Shown here piece after piece: positions 1 through 15,790 of a stretch of DNA of 64,000 nucleotides; the stretch's first letter is position 1; every line of letters starts with the position of its first letter. Source of the stretch: the human T2T-CHM13v2.0 reference genome, Homo sapiens; the NCBI RefSeq assembly GCF_009914755.1, contig NC_060944.1; one strand, written 5' to 3'. The notes beneath the pieces are model-generated. The model did not search any database, was not told the DNA's origin, and worked only from the letters and a program-made list of their open reading frames with translations. The position numbers and the translations under genes were made by a program.

Positions 1-591
1 CCTTTCCAGCCCAGTGGCTGCTGCAGGAAACATTTCTGGGATCACAGAAGGCAACTCTGGATCTCATCTTGGTCATTGGGACAGGAAAACCAGGCACTGC
101 ACGGCAACCCCACGCATTCCTTCCTTGCTTCCCACTGCGGAATAGGTCATGCATCTCTGGGGGCAGAGTGCAGGGAGAGAGGGCAGGAGGACTCCCCAGG
201 AGAGGGAGGAGAAGATAAAAGTAGCAATTTATGCTTTTACTTCAAGCATGCACACACCGACATCTAGCAAAATGCCTGGAAGTACCCTGCACACTGTTTT
301 TCAGCTCATATTTCCTGAGTGACCTTATGTGAATGGACACAGACACTGTGGTTCAAAAGGGACCAAATTCGCAATTCTATTTCAATAAAACAAAAATTAG
401 GGATTTTGAAGTTAAGATGAGATATGAAGAAAGCCAAAAAGGAATATTACCACAGAAGGAGAAAAAACAAAAAGGCTAGATTCAGAAAACTGAGTTTAAA
501 TGAAACCTAGAAAGGAATTTCAGACTCTGCATATATTGAAACTATCAAGAGTCCATAACATGAATGAAATATACTGCGTACAGTCATTTAG

Positions 592-924
<333 letters not shown>

Positions 925-1759
925 TAAAACTTATCCTGTTTAAAAATAAGCTAAATTATTATCACTCAAATACAACCTCAGTGCAAAAGGGAAGAATTTA
1001 GCTTAGTAAATAATTAAGGCAATTGTTTTAATTGTGCAAGAGATAACAAAAATCGCTTCAATGATCTGATCAATTGAGGGGGAGAAAAAGGCTATTAAAG
1101 CCTATTTTAACCATCAAGAGTATGTGTTACACGTATATCCACATTTTGTTATAGGCAAAATTCAAGAACATTAAGCATGTCACTGAACATGAAACTAAGA
1201 CATGAGGAGACAGGGTTGGGGCTATGGTGTGGTGACTCAGATTTTACAGAAGATCCAATCCAGAAAAGCTAGAGCGCTTTTCCCCAAAATATGTACCAGT
1301 CTCGGCCAACCGCTCAATCACTAAGCCTTGCAAATAACCTATTTTCCAAATGATTTCAAAAGAAAATAATGCCTGCCAAAGCAAAGCAACTCATTTTCCC
1401 CAGTAATGACTGCAGGAAGACCTTTGATTTCCTTCTCAGCTTCTAAAGCTTTCTTTAAATTTCCCTATTTACACACAGTGTTTCACCTCACAGATTCTCC
1501 TTTCAACAGCTGTGTGGGACAGGAATGATGCCCAAGGACATGCAGCCCATAGGTTTTATTTTGTTTTCTTTGGGTAATTTTTTGGGCAGAGGTGATATGA
1601 TTTCTATCTGAAGCATTTAAGGAAGAAATTGAGTATGCCAATTTTGACAGATGATAGAATAAAAGCCCCAGCTATTTCTAGGTTTGAATAATAATAATAA
1701 TGGAAATAATGGCAATAACAATAACAATGATAACAAGTGCCATAACTTCTTAGGAGAAT

Positions 1760-1950
1760 ACTACAGACTACTGTTCATACATTTTTTCAGTAATCACAGA
1801 AATCCTGTGAGGCGAATGTTACTGTTTTCATCTTACTCACGTGGAAAGTAAGGACAAGGCAGGTGACATTGATTACTCCAGGGCCAGAGCTAGTAAGCAT
1901 TTGAACTCAGGTCTGTCTGCCCTCAATTCCATGTTTTTAGACCTTGTGCT
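1760..1950 (+). mobile_element. MIR SINE fragment
   Basis: Degenerate MIR core (aatcctgtgagg ... gctagtaag ... tttgaactcaggtctgtctg). Confidence 0.55.
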
Positions 1951-1989
1951 ACTGTTATTTCTTCAGATTAAAAGATGCATAGGTGGGCT

Positions 1990-2400
1990 CTGGTAGACAA
2001 ATTACTAACCATTCTACCTAAACCTCCCTGTTCCTACACCCTTTGCCATGTGACCTTGGAGCTCCTCCCACTAAAGGAGCAGGTCTGTTTCCCCAACCAC
2101 TTTGAGCATGAGTTTGACCATGTGACTTGCTTTGACCAATAGAAAGAAGCAGAGTTAACAGCCTCCTTGTGGCTCTTAGTCCAGGCTTTCATTGGCCTTG
2201 GTGCAGCTGCTCATCCTCTTGCACCCTGTTATGGCTATGAGAAGAATATTCCTGGCCAGTCTGCTAGTCCCAGGAGAGGGGTGAGGGACATGTAAGATAA
2301 AACTGTTCTGGTGACTTGCTAATAACCAAAGACCATCCAGATATTCATGAGCACTACTAAACGATCATTGCTATCTGAGTTTTGTCATTGCTTGTTACAA
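1990..2400 (+). mobile_element. MLT1-family MaLR LTR (old)
   Basis: ccatgtgacttgctttgaccaatagaa motif and MLT1-like 3' end (ctgagttttg...tgcttgttaca). Confidence 0.6.
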
Positions 2401-3954
2401 TTACTGTACCATCTATAAGGTCTATTTGAAAGAATATGTGCCCAATGAGTGAGTGTACGGGCACATGCACAACATATACACATACCAAATGGAGTGGAAG
2501 TCTTGGTGTCTTACATCCAGATAACCATTTGGTGAGAATAAATTCATTAACAACAACGGTAAGGGAATTTCAGTATTTTGGTTTTCCTTTAGAAAGCTGT
2601 AACCATTCTATTTGCTGCTCAGTTCTCTTGTTAAAAGCCAAGAGGATGTTTTCAGACAGTGTAGCTGCTTAGCTCTGGTTTTGGTCTTTGATGAATTTTA
2701 CCTGATAACTGATACTTAAAGGGACCCTCTGCGCACCGCCACTGACATATCTCAGTAAGAGGGAGACATCTTGACCCCTGAAGGGCAGTGACAGTTCAGT
2801 GCTCCTCTGTCGAGCCCATCCTGATTGCGCTCAGTGGCAGAACCACCCGAGATGGTTTTGACTTTGAACAACATCAGCAGTGAGTTGAATTGGGAAGTAA
2901 CTTTACAACATCAAAGCCTGCCATCAAGTGGTATCATATCATTTTATGATGTAAGACACCAGACAAAGGTTGAATGAAGGAAAAAGAAGTGTGGTGTGCA
3001 AGTATATATTCACCACACACACACATACACACAAACATCACAGGCATTTGAAGGTGTTCTCAGATTGTGACTAGGTGAAAGTGTTCTTTATAACTTTGGC
3101 TTTTGATATATTTACCTATCTGGCACTAGCAATGAATATTTGATACAGTCATAGCTACATGCTTAGACTATGACTAAGTATAATAGAAGAAGTGGAGAAC
3201 TGGCCTAATATGGACAGAAATCAGATCCAAATAATCTTGCCTTAAAAAAAAAACACAGATTTTTGTCTCAATGTTCTATTTAACATGCTTTCTGCTAACT
3301 CAACTGAGAAAATTGAATTTGGGTCAATTGTTACAAATACAGACCAATGCATTCAAAGGCTGTGTAGTTTCATGGCTAATTGATTCTGTTTAGGTAATAT
3401 TTGCAAGAAAATTACTTTTATAATGCATGAATAAAAAGATACATGTTATGATAGTTGGAAATCTGTGAAACATACCCTAATTTTCTAATATCAAAGTAAG
3501 ACATAAATATACTTTGATTTGAGCTAGATTTTTAGCAAGATTTGCATAATTTCAATAACATATTAAAGAGTTACATTTGTAAGTGGGAGGGTTGCAGGGT
3601 TTAGAACCAAACTGGAAGAAAGGCTGGAAGTGGCCAGCCAGTTGAAACAAAGCCCTGCCATTCCATAGAAGAGAAGTGTATGATGAAGAGAAAGCTGGCT
3701 GTGCTGTGCACCATTATCTGCCACTTTTGCCTTGTTAAACTTGCCACTCAATTTGATATGACCTAGTGTTTATGTTCTATTTTGAAGTTCTTCTATGTCT
3801 TCTATTTTATATTATTTTTTTCTGTTATATTGATCTGATTAAGATGAACACTGTCACATATCATTAGCAAGTTCTGATTACTTGACCATTAGAAAGAATA
3901 TTTATTTGTTCTGTTCATCCATTTAATACCACCTTGAAATTCATAGTTTTCTAC

Positions 3955-4760
3955 AGGGATGTCTAATAGGCATCTTAAAATTAACTGTCTAAAAGGAACT
4001 CTTGACTCCTTCCCTTCCACCAAACCTGTTTTGCCCAGCCTTTCCCGCCATCATAAATGGCCTCACCATTCACCCATTTACTCAGACCCAAGCCTAGGGA
4101 TTGTTCTTGATTTCTCTCCTTCCCTTGCACTCCACCTCCAATCCATGTGCCAGCCACCTACCAGTTTTATTATTAAAATACGTCTTCTTCCGATGCCACC
4201 ACCATAGTTCAAAACATCATTGCCTTTCATCTAAGCTGCTATAAAAGCTTCCTGATGGGTTTTCCTGATTTGACTCTTTCCCCTTATATTGGATTCTCAG
4301 GCAGCATCCAGGGTGAGTTTTTAAACACAAAATCAGATCACAGCAATTTCTTGCTCAGAACTCTCCAGTGGTTTCCAAGCACCCTCTGAATAAAGTCTAA
4401 ATTTCTCATCTCAGCCTACGATGACCTTTATGATTTAGTCCCTGCTAATCTCTTGGTTTTCTCCTTCTGCTCTCTGCTCACTCTACCCATGCTGGCCTTC
4501 CTGCTATTCTCCAAATGTCCCATGCTTGTGTCCACCTCGAGCCTTTTCACTTGCTGTTCCCTCTGCTTGGAAAACCACACACAACCCCCGGTCTTTGCTG
4601 CCTTGCTCTCTCACTTCTTCTAGTGACATTTCTTCTCAAATGGCACTTCCTCAAAGAGGTCTTGTCTAGCTACCCTATCAGACATAGCCCTCCATGCTCT
4701 ATAGGCTCTTACCCCTTGGCCTTCATTGCAGTGCAACCTGCTATCCATTGACAGCTGGGT
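3955..4760 (+). mobile_element. L2 LINE fragment
   Basis: L2 3'-region motifs: gatgtctaataggcatcttaaaattaac, aaatcagatca...ctctccagtggtttcc, cttgctgttccctctgcttggaa. Confidence 0.7.
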
Positions 4761-6309
4761 TTTCCTCTCGAAGAAAGGAATTCTGGATGCAATTGCTAGC
4801 TTTTCCTTATTATTATTTTTAATGCAAACAAAACGGCCTCTGCTGCCAGTTCAAATACTGAGCTCAGAGCTCTGTTCTTTCCTGCTGAAATTTATAATTC
4901 TACTCCCATTCTTCTGGTTCTCCTTGCCTTATAAACAACAAACATGTGAACCAATGTGACTTCTATATTATACTGATGATTCCCCTATTTACCAATAAAG
5001 TGTGATCTAATTTTCATAACAGAAACATTCATTATTGAACGGTGTATTGTTCAGGTTTGTAAATGTGTAGAAAATGGCACAAGCAAACTGAAATGATACA
5101 TGCAAATCTATTACGGTGGGAAAGAATATTTTTATTTTTCAATCTATAAATACTATGATTATCCTTCATATACTGTTTGCATATATTTATGTGTTTTTTG
5201 TGTTAAAGAGGGAAAACATAAAAAGTTAATGAGATCCTGAAGTGAAATAAAGTGAACATATTTACAACAGCAACAAGAAAGGAATATGTCAAGATAGACA
5301 TATCACAGAGATATATACACATGTGTGTAGATAAGATTGGTGAGATAGACAGATAATAGAGCTTGTACTTGGCCTGCCTTCACCCAATGTTGCAATGACA
5401 ATCTATACAATGTAAGTATTTGTACTTTTTATACTTTCAAGAAAAGCAGATATAAAATTAATGCATATACTTTTTGTTTTTGGCATCCTTTCATGGAAGC
5501 AATAAAATATTCTGGAGAGAGAGAGAAAGAGAGAGATAAACTAACTCAGGGATGTGAGAAGAAGAAAATAAATATCACTCTTACTCCTCCATCTGAAGAT
5601 GATGATGGAAATAATTGTCATATTTCTCTTATGTTTTTTATTTGTTTTTTCTCCCAGCCAAGTATGCTTTTTAGTGTGGGTCTCTGTGTGTTCCCTTTGG
5701 TAATGTCTAATAACATTTCTAACCTGGAGATTTATTTCTTAGAAGCAAAGTTCTGCTCATCACAAGCCATCTCCATCAGAGCCATTTCTCCTTATGGTTT
5801 CCTTCTCATCATTTAATGCTTAGTACTTCTTCACAATAGAAGCAAGCTGCCTTTCTAAGGGATGAACTGATATTCTAGCTAGAGGACTTAATATTCCTTT
5901 TCAGAAATTGAGAGGTTCTCTTTGCTTTTCTAGGCCTTAATTAAGTGATTGGTTATTTCATAAACAGTCAGATTACATTTACCACTCACAATTGTCAAAT
6001 TTTTAAAACTCAAGTAAACTTTTTTTCCTTCTTCAAACAAGTCTCTTATTCTCTCCTGAAGTTAATGGCGGGCATTACTACCAGTTTCTTGGCCAGCTGC
6101 TAAGGAGATTCCTTTCCCTTAAAAAGTTAAAGTATTTAAGAATCACCCTCAAACCCCAGGAAGGGTGGTCAACAAAAAAAGATGTCTTCATGGTCAAACT
6201 TTATGGACACAACAAGAATCCCAAAGAAGGGAGATGACTCAAGCCATCTTTTATTACTTAGACGATCGATGGCGATGATGTGGAATTTGCAACAATTCTT
6301 TTCTTGAGA

Positions 6310-6650
6310 CCCAGTAATAGTTACCTTTTGCTACATAACAAACCGCCTCATAGTATAATGGCTTAAAAACAGACATCTATTATATCTCAGGACTCTTAGC
6401 TTGGAGTTCTCTCCATGCGGGGTCTCTATCCTCAACTGGCTGGCCCAGGCTTGTTTTCATGGTGGCAGAAGGGATCCACCTAGCCAGAGGGCGAGCCCCC
6501 TTGCACAACACTTTTCATGTCTCTGATCGTGTAAGATTTGCTATCGTCCCACTGACCAAAGCCAATTACGTGTTCAAGCTCAGATTCAAGGAAGGAGCTC
6601 TCACTTCTCAGGGCAGTGCTGCCAAGAGTTTATGTACACTTCAGCAATCT
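6310..6650 (-). mobile_element. MLT1-family MaLR LTR fragment
   Basis: ttgctacataacaaacc...ggcttaaaaac and cccactgaccaaagcc...tcagattcaagg motifs. Confidence 0.6.
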
Positions 6651-7675
6651 ATCGATACCACAAATATGAGAGGCCAGCTTTTTCTCTTTTAAAAAAATAA
6701 AGCTTATAAAATAACACAAGTACATAATTTCCCTACACAATGAGTAACTAGATTTTATGTTTTCTCTTTCGGTTTTCCTCAAAAACTTGTATAGATCATC
6801 TTTTGAGATGAATAGCGGAGCCCTTGTGATACACCACATTCTAAGAATGCTGGGGACACTGTATTCAACCCAGGACAGCTGCCTAAGGTTGTATAGTCTG
6901 TGCACCGCATGATGCAGGAGATGCTATTCATGCCATATTCCTAAAATTTTGTATATTTATTGCAATAATTTCCTGGCAAACAATAGTTACATTTCTAGAG
7001 AGAAGGACTGCTTTTTCTGATTCTTACAAAAATGACTTGTTGATTTGCAACTCATGCTGACAAGCCATCCTTTCTTAAATGAAGAAAGACTTGTTTAACC
7101 AATGGCAAAGAATTCTCCACCTTGTATTGATTATCTTTAGCCCCTCATTTCTTCTGCCTTGAAGTGCATGATTTTTCCTGTTTTCTAGAGTATGAAGTCA
7201 CTTTAGTCTTAAGTCTTATAGATTGTGTTAGATCACATTCATGTTTACAAGCCAAATATTTCACAATTTTCAAGTACCTTGTATTCATTGTTAATTTTCC
7301 AAGTCTGAAATTGTTTCTCTCTGGACTCATTTTTATTTCAAGTTCTACTCTAAATGATTTTTCTTTTTCTGTTTCACTACATAAAGTTCTTTCTTCCTCT
7401 CAGGGGATCTCTGCTAATCCCTTTAACCACCGATTGCCAAAGACATTCACAACCCCTGTGTTGGCTTATTTCTTTGTTAAGTAAAATTTTTTCATCCTTT
7501 GAAATTGAAAACCTGAAACATTTTTTCTTAAGTCTATGACCAACCATTATTTATAAAGCTGTATCATATCTTAGAATTAGCATATTAGCATCAGTTGCAA
7601 AAAAAAAATAGGCAATAGAGAAAATAAAAGATATATGTATATAGCATGAAAGTTACTGCAAAAAGAAAATGAGGC

Positions 7676-7721
7676 TGTGTGTGTGTTTGTGTGTATGTGT
7701 CTGTGTGTGTGTGTGTGTGTG

Positions 7722-7722
<1 letters not shown>
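7676..7722. repeat. (GT)n microsatellite, interrupted
   Basis: Directly visible; abuts the left end of Tigger3b. Confidence 0.9.
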
Positions 7723-9288
<1,566 letters not shown>

Positions 9289-9627
9289 TATATATCCTTA
9301 AAGTTATTATGAAAACTAACACTGAATCTCCATATTTACTTCTCTTCGAAGAGTTTAAAGGATTCTAAAATTTGTATTTGAGAGTGAGTGTGCAAGAAAT
9401 AAGGAAGGTCAGAAAAGTTTTACATTTGTTAATCTCATCCTGAGAGTATTTTTTGTAAATTAAAAATACATGTATTTTCATCAACAACTGGCTCACATTC
9501 CTTAAACTATTAAAGTTCCCAGGTAGACACACATGCATGTGTGTGAGTGCGCCCCCCCACACATAATGATGTGTTTTAGTTTTGCATCTGAAGGAAAGGA
9601 ATGCTAGGTTTTCTTGCCCATAAATTT

Positions 9628-9794
9628 ATTTTTTTAATTTATTTTAATTTTCTTTTTTTTTTTTTTTTTTTTTTAGAGATAGGGTCTTGCTTTCTTGCCC
9701 AGGTTGCTGTGCAGTGGCATGATCATAGCTCACAGCAGCCTCGAACTCCTGAGCTCAAGCAATCCTTCTGCTTCATAAGTCACTGCATCCAGCC
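9628..9794 (-). mobile_element. Alu monomer (FLAM/FRAM-like) or internally deleted old Alu, with TSD
   Basis: Poly-T plus short Alu body; TSD ttgcccataaattt (9614-9627) / ttgcccacaaattt (9795-9808). Confidence 0.8.
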
Positions 9795-10159
9795 TTGCCC
9801 ACAAATTTCTAATTTTACCTCTTCTTCTTTATATCTTCTGAGAAGAAAGAGATGTTTCCTCTATCAGTGGTCATTTATAGCCTTTCTAAGTCTAAGGAAG
9901 AATTGTGGCAGACATAAAGATCGTTGAATCAGGACTAAGAAAAGTAGATTCTAGCTGATCTTGAAAGACTGACTTCACTTCTCTGGGGAGATGATGGGTT
10001 TGGATGAAATAATTCCAGAAGACTTTCCCATTTTTACTCATCTCTGACTCTATTACAGCTTTTCTATTTCACCCTTGTTCCCAACTCTCATCAGGAACTT
10101 AAAAGAAAGACACAAACTCACAAACAGCGAGAAAGAGAGACAGAGAAAACAATAATGTA

Positions 10160-10610
10160 GGGTATCAGTCATCTATTGGCACAATAATGCTGCATAACAG
10201 ACCATCCTGAAACTCAGTGGCTTACAATAAGGTTTTGTTTTTTTAATTCACGTGTGCTGGAGCAGACCTGCCTTAGGCTGTAGGTCACCCAACCTTGGCT
10301 CCAGGCTAAGATCCTGAAAGAAGGGCTCAAATCCACTCCCTGTGTCTTAATCTAAGCCCTTAGATAAAGGGGCCACCTCCTGGGACACACCCTCCTCCTG
10401 GCAAACAATACAAACATAGGTCCTGGCCAAACACCCAAGCACACTTAAACCTTCTTCTCGTGTCCAATCTGCTGACATTCCATTGGCCAAAGCAAGTCTC
10501 GTGATCAAACTCCAAATCAATGAGGAATGAGAGTGTGTTCTGTCCACGGGTAGGAGGGATTTGGAAAAGCCATAGATATTTGCAGAACAATAATCCAATT
10601 TTCCACATTC
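10160..10610 (-). mobile_element. MLT1-family MaLR LTR
   Basis: atgctgcataacagaccatcctgaaactcagtggcttacaa; ctgacattccattggccaaagcaagtc. Confidence 0.7.
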
Positions 10611-10739
10611 TGCTACAAATATCATACACTGAAATGCCTTCAGAAACTGACAGGAATGAAGCAAACAGCAGAGGGAACACACCATCAAAATCAGGCAGCA
10701 GGGACTCAGCCTCAGGGTCAAATGTCTCTTCTTCTTGTG

Positions 10740-11045
10740 TTTGTTTTTTTCTTTTGAGACAAGGTCTCCCTCTGTTACCCAGGCTGGTGTACAGTGGCAC
10801 AATCATAGCTCACTGTAGCCTTTACTTCCTGGGCTCAAGTGATCCTCCCACCTCAGCCTCCAAGGTAGCTGGGACTATAGGCACACACCACCACACCTGG
10901 CTAATTATTATTATTATTTTTTTTTTGTAAAGATGGGATTTTGCCATGTAGTTCAGGCTGGTCTCAAATTCCTGGGCTCAAGTGAACCTCCCACCTTGGC
11001 CTTCCAAAGTGCTACGATTATGGATGTGAACCATCACGCCCTGCC
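10740..11045 (-). mobile_element. Alu SINE (AluJ-type)
   Basis: aatcatagctcactgtagcc...ctgggctcaagtgatcctcccacc (AluJ-type diagnostics). Confidence 0.9.
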
Positions 11046-11365
11046 AGATGTTTGATTTTTAAAGAGGGGAGATAGAAAGTCACAGTCTTTTGTCTAAATT
11101 TTCTATTTAAAAAAAAAAAGTTAGAAAGCAGCTTACTTTCTGTCTGTCTGTATACATATGGAAAATTACATGTATGCATATGTATGTATGTGTATGTAGA
11201 TGTATGTATGCATGTATGTAATATATATGTCTGGGTAAAACAAAGCATCTGCAGACCAGATGTAATTTTGAGATTGTTATTTGCAAGCTTTGACTAGAAA
11301 CCTCTCTTGTTTACCAATATATGACCCTATAATTACACATCTAAGATAGTTTTAAAATCTTTCTG

Positions 11366-11718
<353 letters not shown>

Positions 11719-11849
11719 TCATCCTGCCCCATGCAGAGTTAACACGTGGTCAAGCTCTTTGGCCTAACCTTGTGTAGATCTTTCCTAAAAACTAAGGACT
11801 GTGTACCTATGATGTTACAATGTTGCATTACTAGAGAAACACAGGATTT

Positions 11850-12000
11850 ACTCAGCACTTTCAAGTACATACATTGACTTAATCCACATAGTAAGTGATT
11901 CTATTAGCATTTTGTAGATGAGAAAACTGGGGCTCAGAAAAATTACATGAAATTTTCAAGGTCGTAGGGCTATAGCAGAGCTAGGTTTCTAGGTCATTTA
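11850..12000 (+). mobile_element. MIR fragment
   Basis: cattttgtagatgagaaaactggggctcaga MIR core. Confidence 0.6.
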
Positions 12001-12113
12001 ACTCTTTCTCAACTGGCAAGGAAGCTAAGTAATCACAGATTCACAGAACACCAAAAGCTGTTCTGGCTACTGTTATGATTTGATTCTAATATTAATTATG
12101 TGGTTAGAATGAT

Positions 12114-12581
12114 TGTATTAGTCTGTTTTCACACTGCTATAAAGAAATATGCCAGACTCAGGAAAGAGGCTTAATAGTTCCTCATGGTTAGGGAAGCCTC
12201 AGGAAACCCACAATCATGGCAGAAGACGAAGGGGAAGCAAGGACCTTCTTCACATGGTGGCAAGAGAGAGAAGAAAGAAGGAGGAGCTTCTAAACATTTG
12301 TAAAACCATCAAATATTGGGTGCACCAAAATCTCAGAAATCGCCACTCAAGAACTTACTCATATAATCAAATACTACCTGTTTCCCAAAAATCTATTGCA
12401 GTACAAAATAAATTTATAAAAAGAAATTAAGCATTGAAAACAGATATTTCTTTCCTGGAAAAAAAAATCAGATCTTGTGAGAACTCACTATGACGAGGAG
12501 AGCACATCACCTCCCTCTTAACACGTGGTAATTACAATTTGAGATAAGATTTGGGTGGGGATACAGAGACAGACCATATCA
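12114..12581 (-). mobile_element. THE1D/MSTA-type MaLR solo LTR, interrupted
   Basis: Starts tgtattagtctgttttcacactgctataaag and ends gatttgggtggggatacag...ccatatca; degenerate 5-bp TSD atgat/gtggt. Confidence 0.8.
12312..12467 (+). mobile_element. Very short L1PB-type 3' end inserted in the MaLR LTR
   Basis: gggtgcaccaaaatctcagaaatcgccactcaagaactta...ccaaaaatctattg matches the L1PB 3' terminus; the LTR resumes at tcagatcttgtgagaac. Confidence 0.7.
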
Positions 12582-14506
12582 GTGGTATTTCAAAATATCT
12601 TCCTTTTGAGTCATTTAAATCCCTTATTTGATGCAGAGATAGTAAAAGCCCTACCAGATAATCAGGAGGTTGCTATTATCCTTTTTTGTACTTTGTTTCA
12701 TCTGCTCTTATGTCTTTGAACCTCATTTCCGTCAGATGATTAAATAATGATTATCTTGTCTACAAATAATTGGTTTTGTTTTGTGATTTCACTTGACCTC
12801 AAGTGACATGATACAGTTTTAAGAATGTCACAGATGTTAAGTTGTAAATCAGGGAGTGCTATTTTTTTTAATCAGAGAAATATGATGATTCAGTGTTTAG
12901 AACATATTCTTTAAAATGAGGGGACAGAGATTCTAAACTTGATTCTGCTGCAAATCAGCTATGTCATTTGGGGCTCTGACATCTCATTTTACTCTCTGAA
13001 TCATCTAGGAAAAAGTAAGATGATGATTACAAAGCACTGGGAGCTCTTTCAAAAGGCACAGCTTTCATCTAAAATGATATTACTAATTAATTAATCAGAT
13101 CAATTCCCTGTTAACTCATCCTAATAGCCCAAGCCCTGTTAGCCAAGTATATTACTGTGATTTATTTTGACACTTAATGGAACCGTGCAGCATTTCAGTC
13201 ACAGGTTGATAACCTAAGCATTATAAACTTCAAGCAGTGTTTATAGTTTTGTTGTTGTTGTTTTTCCTGAAGACAGCTGATAAAAGATACCCTTTTAGGA
13301 GGTGCTAGCTACATCCCTCAAATGATAAAAAATACAAAGTGGTGAGTAGATGTTATGAACAGCATTGTCCTTAAAAGAGAAGTCACCACTGATCTCGAAG
13401 AAAAGTTTGCAAAATAAGGAAGAAGAAGATGAGGAGATGCAGTCTTCATTTCATTTCTTTTCCCAATATTTTGCTGCTGTTTTGTTTTTAATATCTTCCT
13501 TGGAGCAATGAATCAAATGTCTTCCATCAAAGAAAAGCAATATTGATATACATTTGCACATAGTAAAATCTGCATGAATTCACGGCTCCTGGAAAGGAAA
13601 ATATTTTCTCTCTTTCTCTCTTCCTGTGTTTCTTTAATGTAATAAAATAGCTTCCCTTGGAGGTCAAAGGATTCTGCCATTTCTCTTTTCTGTGCTCTAA
13701 GACAGTTGCAACCACTTGTTTTGAAACTTGCTTTTGGTTTTGGGGAGTTTTAATGGAGGTATTAACTGGTGCCTAAAGGGAGCAGGTTATGTATATGTAA
13801 AAGCAGGGAAGTTATAGGAAAGTAGCTATAAAGACTCTAAGCAGTTCAAGAGAGTTATGTTAATTGCTGTTTCAAAATGCTCCCCTGTAGTGGGAGCCTT
13901 AGGCCTCCAGAACTCACTTTTCTCTCAGTGACTCTTATTTAGTTTATTTTCCTTTTTATACTGTGCTTTTTAGAGTTTTCCTGGTCTCTTTTACTTTGAA
14001 ATCTCAAAGGCTGTCCCTCGGAGGATCCACTGTTTACTTCTGAACACTTTCTAGAGATTCTGATGGGTCCAAATTCCCCAAGGAGCTGGTAAAGGTCTGC
14101 TTCCTCCCTTCATGCTGAGTGTGAAAGAAGGGAAGAGTCTTTCACTTCAAACTTCAGAGAGGTCTACCTAACTGGAGAGTGAACCGAAACTCTGAGGAGC
14201 ACTGGCCAGGGAGGGGGAGGGCAGCACACTGCACTGTCTCACCTGGGCATTTTCATTGTCACCCACTATGAAAGATCTGCTAGGAGAATCGAGTTTCAGA
14301 GAAAAAAAGGAATGAACATATTTTGCATGACAGCAGTAGTATTTCCCCTCTGTTCCCCTTCTACAGAGAAAAAAAAAATGTGTTAATGACTTTCTAAGAA
14401 CAATTACTATATAAATGTGACAAATTTAGATTGAATTTGGATTTGATCCTCTTCTCACACCCATTTAAATTGGTTTGTGCTCCTAGCTCCTGTGCCATAT
14501 CCTATG

Positions 14507-15186
14507 TGGAAATTTAAGAATGACAAAGTTCATAAATTTGGAAAGGAGAAGTTTGTTTCTCATAAAGGGTTGCAGCTTGCAGGGTGGCCATTCTGACGGG
14601 CTGAGAAGTGTAGCCTCCAGTCAGAAGCCAGAAACAGACACTTTGAGGGAGGGGCAAAGGGAACAGGAATTTATGCTGAGCTAGTGACTGAATATACATA
14701 TTTAATAAGCTGTAGGAGGAGTCATGAATATTTGTGATAGAAGAAACATGCACAGATCCAGCGGAGCTTTATGCCCCTTCCTGAGTCTCACTACAAAAAA
14801 ATGGCAGTACAAGCATGATCTGAGGGTGGCGTTTTCCATGCTCTAACATCAATAGGTGAAGCCAAGGTCGCAAAAACTCTTACTGCACATTCTCCATAGA
14901 CTGGACAGAACCATTCCATGGTCAGTGTTCTCTTATCAGCCAAAAAAGGAAGGGCAGCCTCAGGCAGATCAGTAGTGTGGTCTTTTGAAAGAACTGGTTT
15001 CTGTTTAGCCCTTAGGGAATAAAGCCTAATTGTGATTAGCAAGGGAGGGGGTATAACAAGGCATGTCTGACCTCCCATTTCATTATGGCCAATAAAGCAG
15101 TTTTCAAGCTTATTTTGGGGTCCCTTTGGCCAAGAGATGATCTGTTCGGTCAGGTGGGGGACTTAGAATTTTATTTTCCGTTTACA
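14507..15186 (-). mobile_element. ERV1-class solo LTR (MER39-like)
   Basis: TG...CA termini with perfect 4-bp TSD tatg (14503-14506 / 15187-15190); end cttagaattttattttccgtttaca is typical of the MER39/MER34 group. Confidence 0.75.
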
Positions 15187-15539
15187 TATGGAATAGCCAA
15201 ATATTTTATGATACACTTTGCTAGATTGTGAAATGTTTGGCAAATGAAAGAATGGGACATTTTCGGGGCGAGGGGAAGGTCAGCGAATTCATCTCAGGAT
15301 ATCCTGAAGAAATCAAATAATGAGGCAGACAAGACCACCCTTGAACAGACTGCCATATTTCTTGAGCTTCAGGAAGTTTCTTTGGAATGCCAAAGTAAGA
15401 ATAAAGTTGGCCTCCCATGAATACTAGGGCAATTTGGTGATGCTTACTCAGATCCAAAGAAATAAATTATAACAAAACTGGAAAAGTACCCATGAATCAG
15501 GGCCAAATTTATAAGCATACACCTAAAAGTATGGAATTC

Positions 15540-15790
15540 CAGGCCTGATATGTGAAACGTAAAGCCCTAAGGCAAATATATTTCATGTGGGTTGGCATAA
15601 GGTTGCTTCCATTTTCACAGTATTTTAAAAAACAAAATGAAGTTTTTGGCAATGCTTCACAATTGTAGTTTTCACTTAAAAATACAGATTTCTGGCTTCT
15701 CTTGGAAGACTAGGACACACATGCCCAAGAATTGAATAGCAGCTACTTCTTTCGGCAGTAACATGAACTCACCTGGTCCATGTGTTCATG
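15540..15790. mobile_element. hAT-Charlie MITE remnant (MER102-like)
   Basis: aaaatacagatttctggcttctcttggaa motif; boundaries uncertain. Confidence 0.4.

Noticed and set aside
10347-10930. Three overlapping 136-151-aa ORFs
   Set aside because: They span MLT1 and AluJ sequence, with no coding signature.
14178-14191. ISRE-like gtgaaccgaaact
   Set aside because: Single imperfect motif with no supporting cluster.
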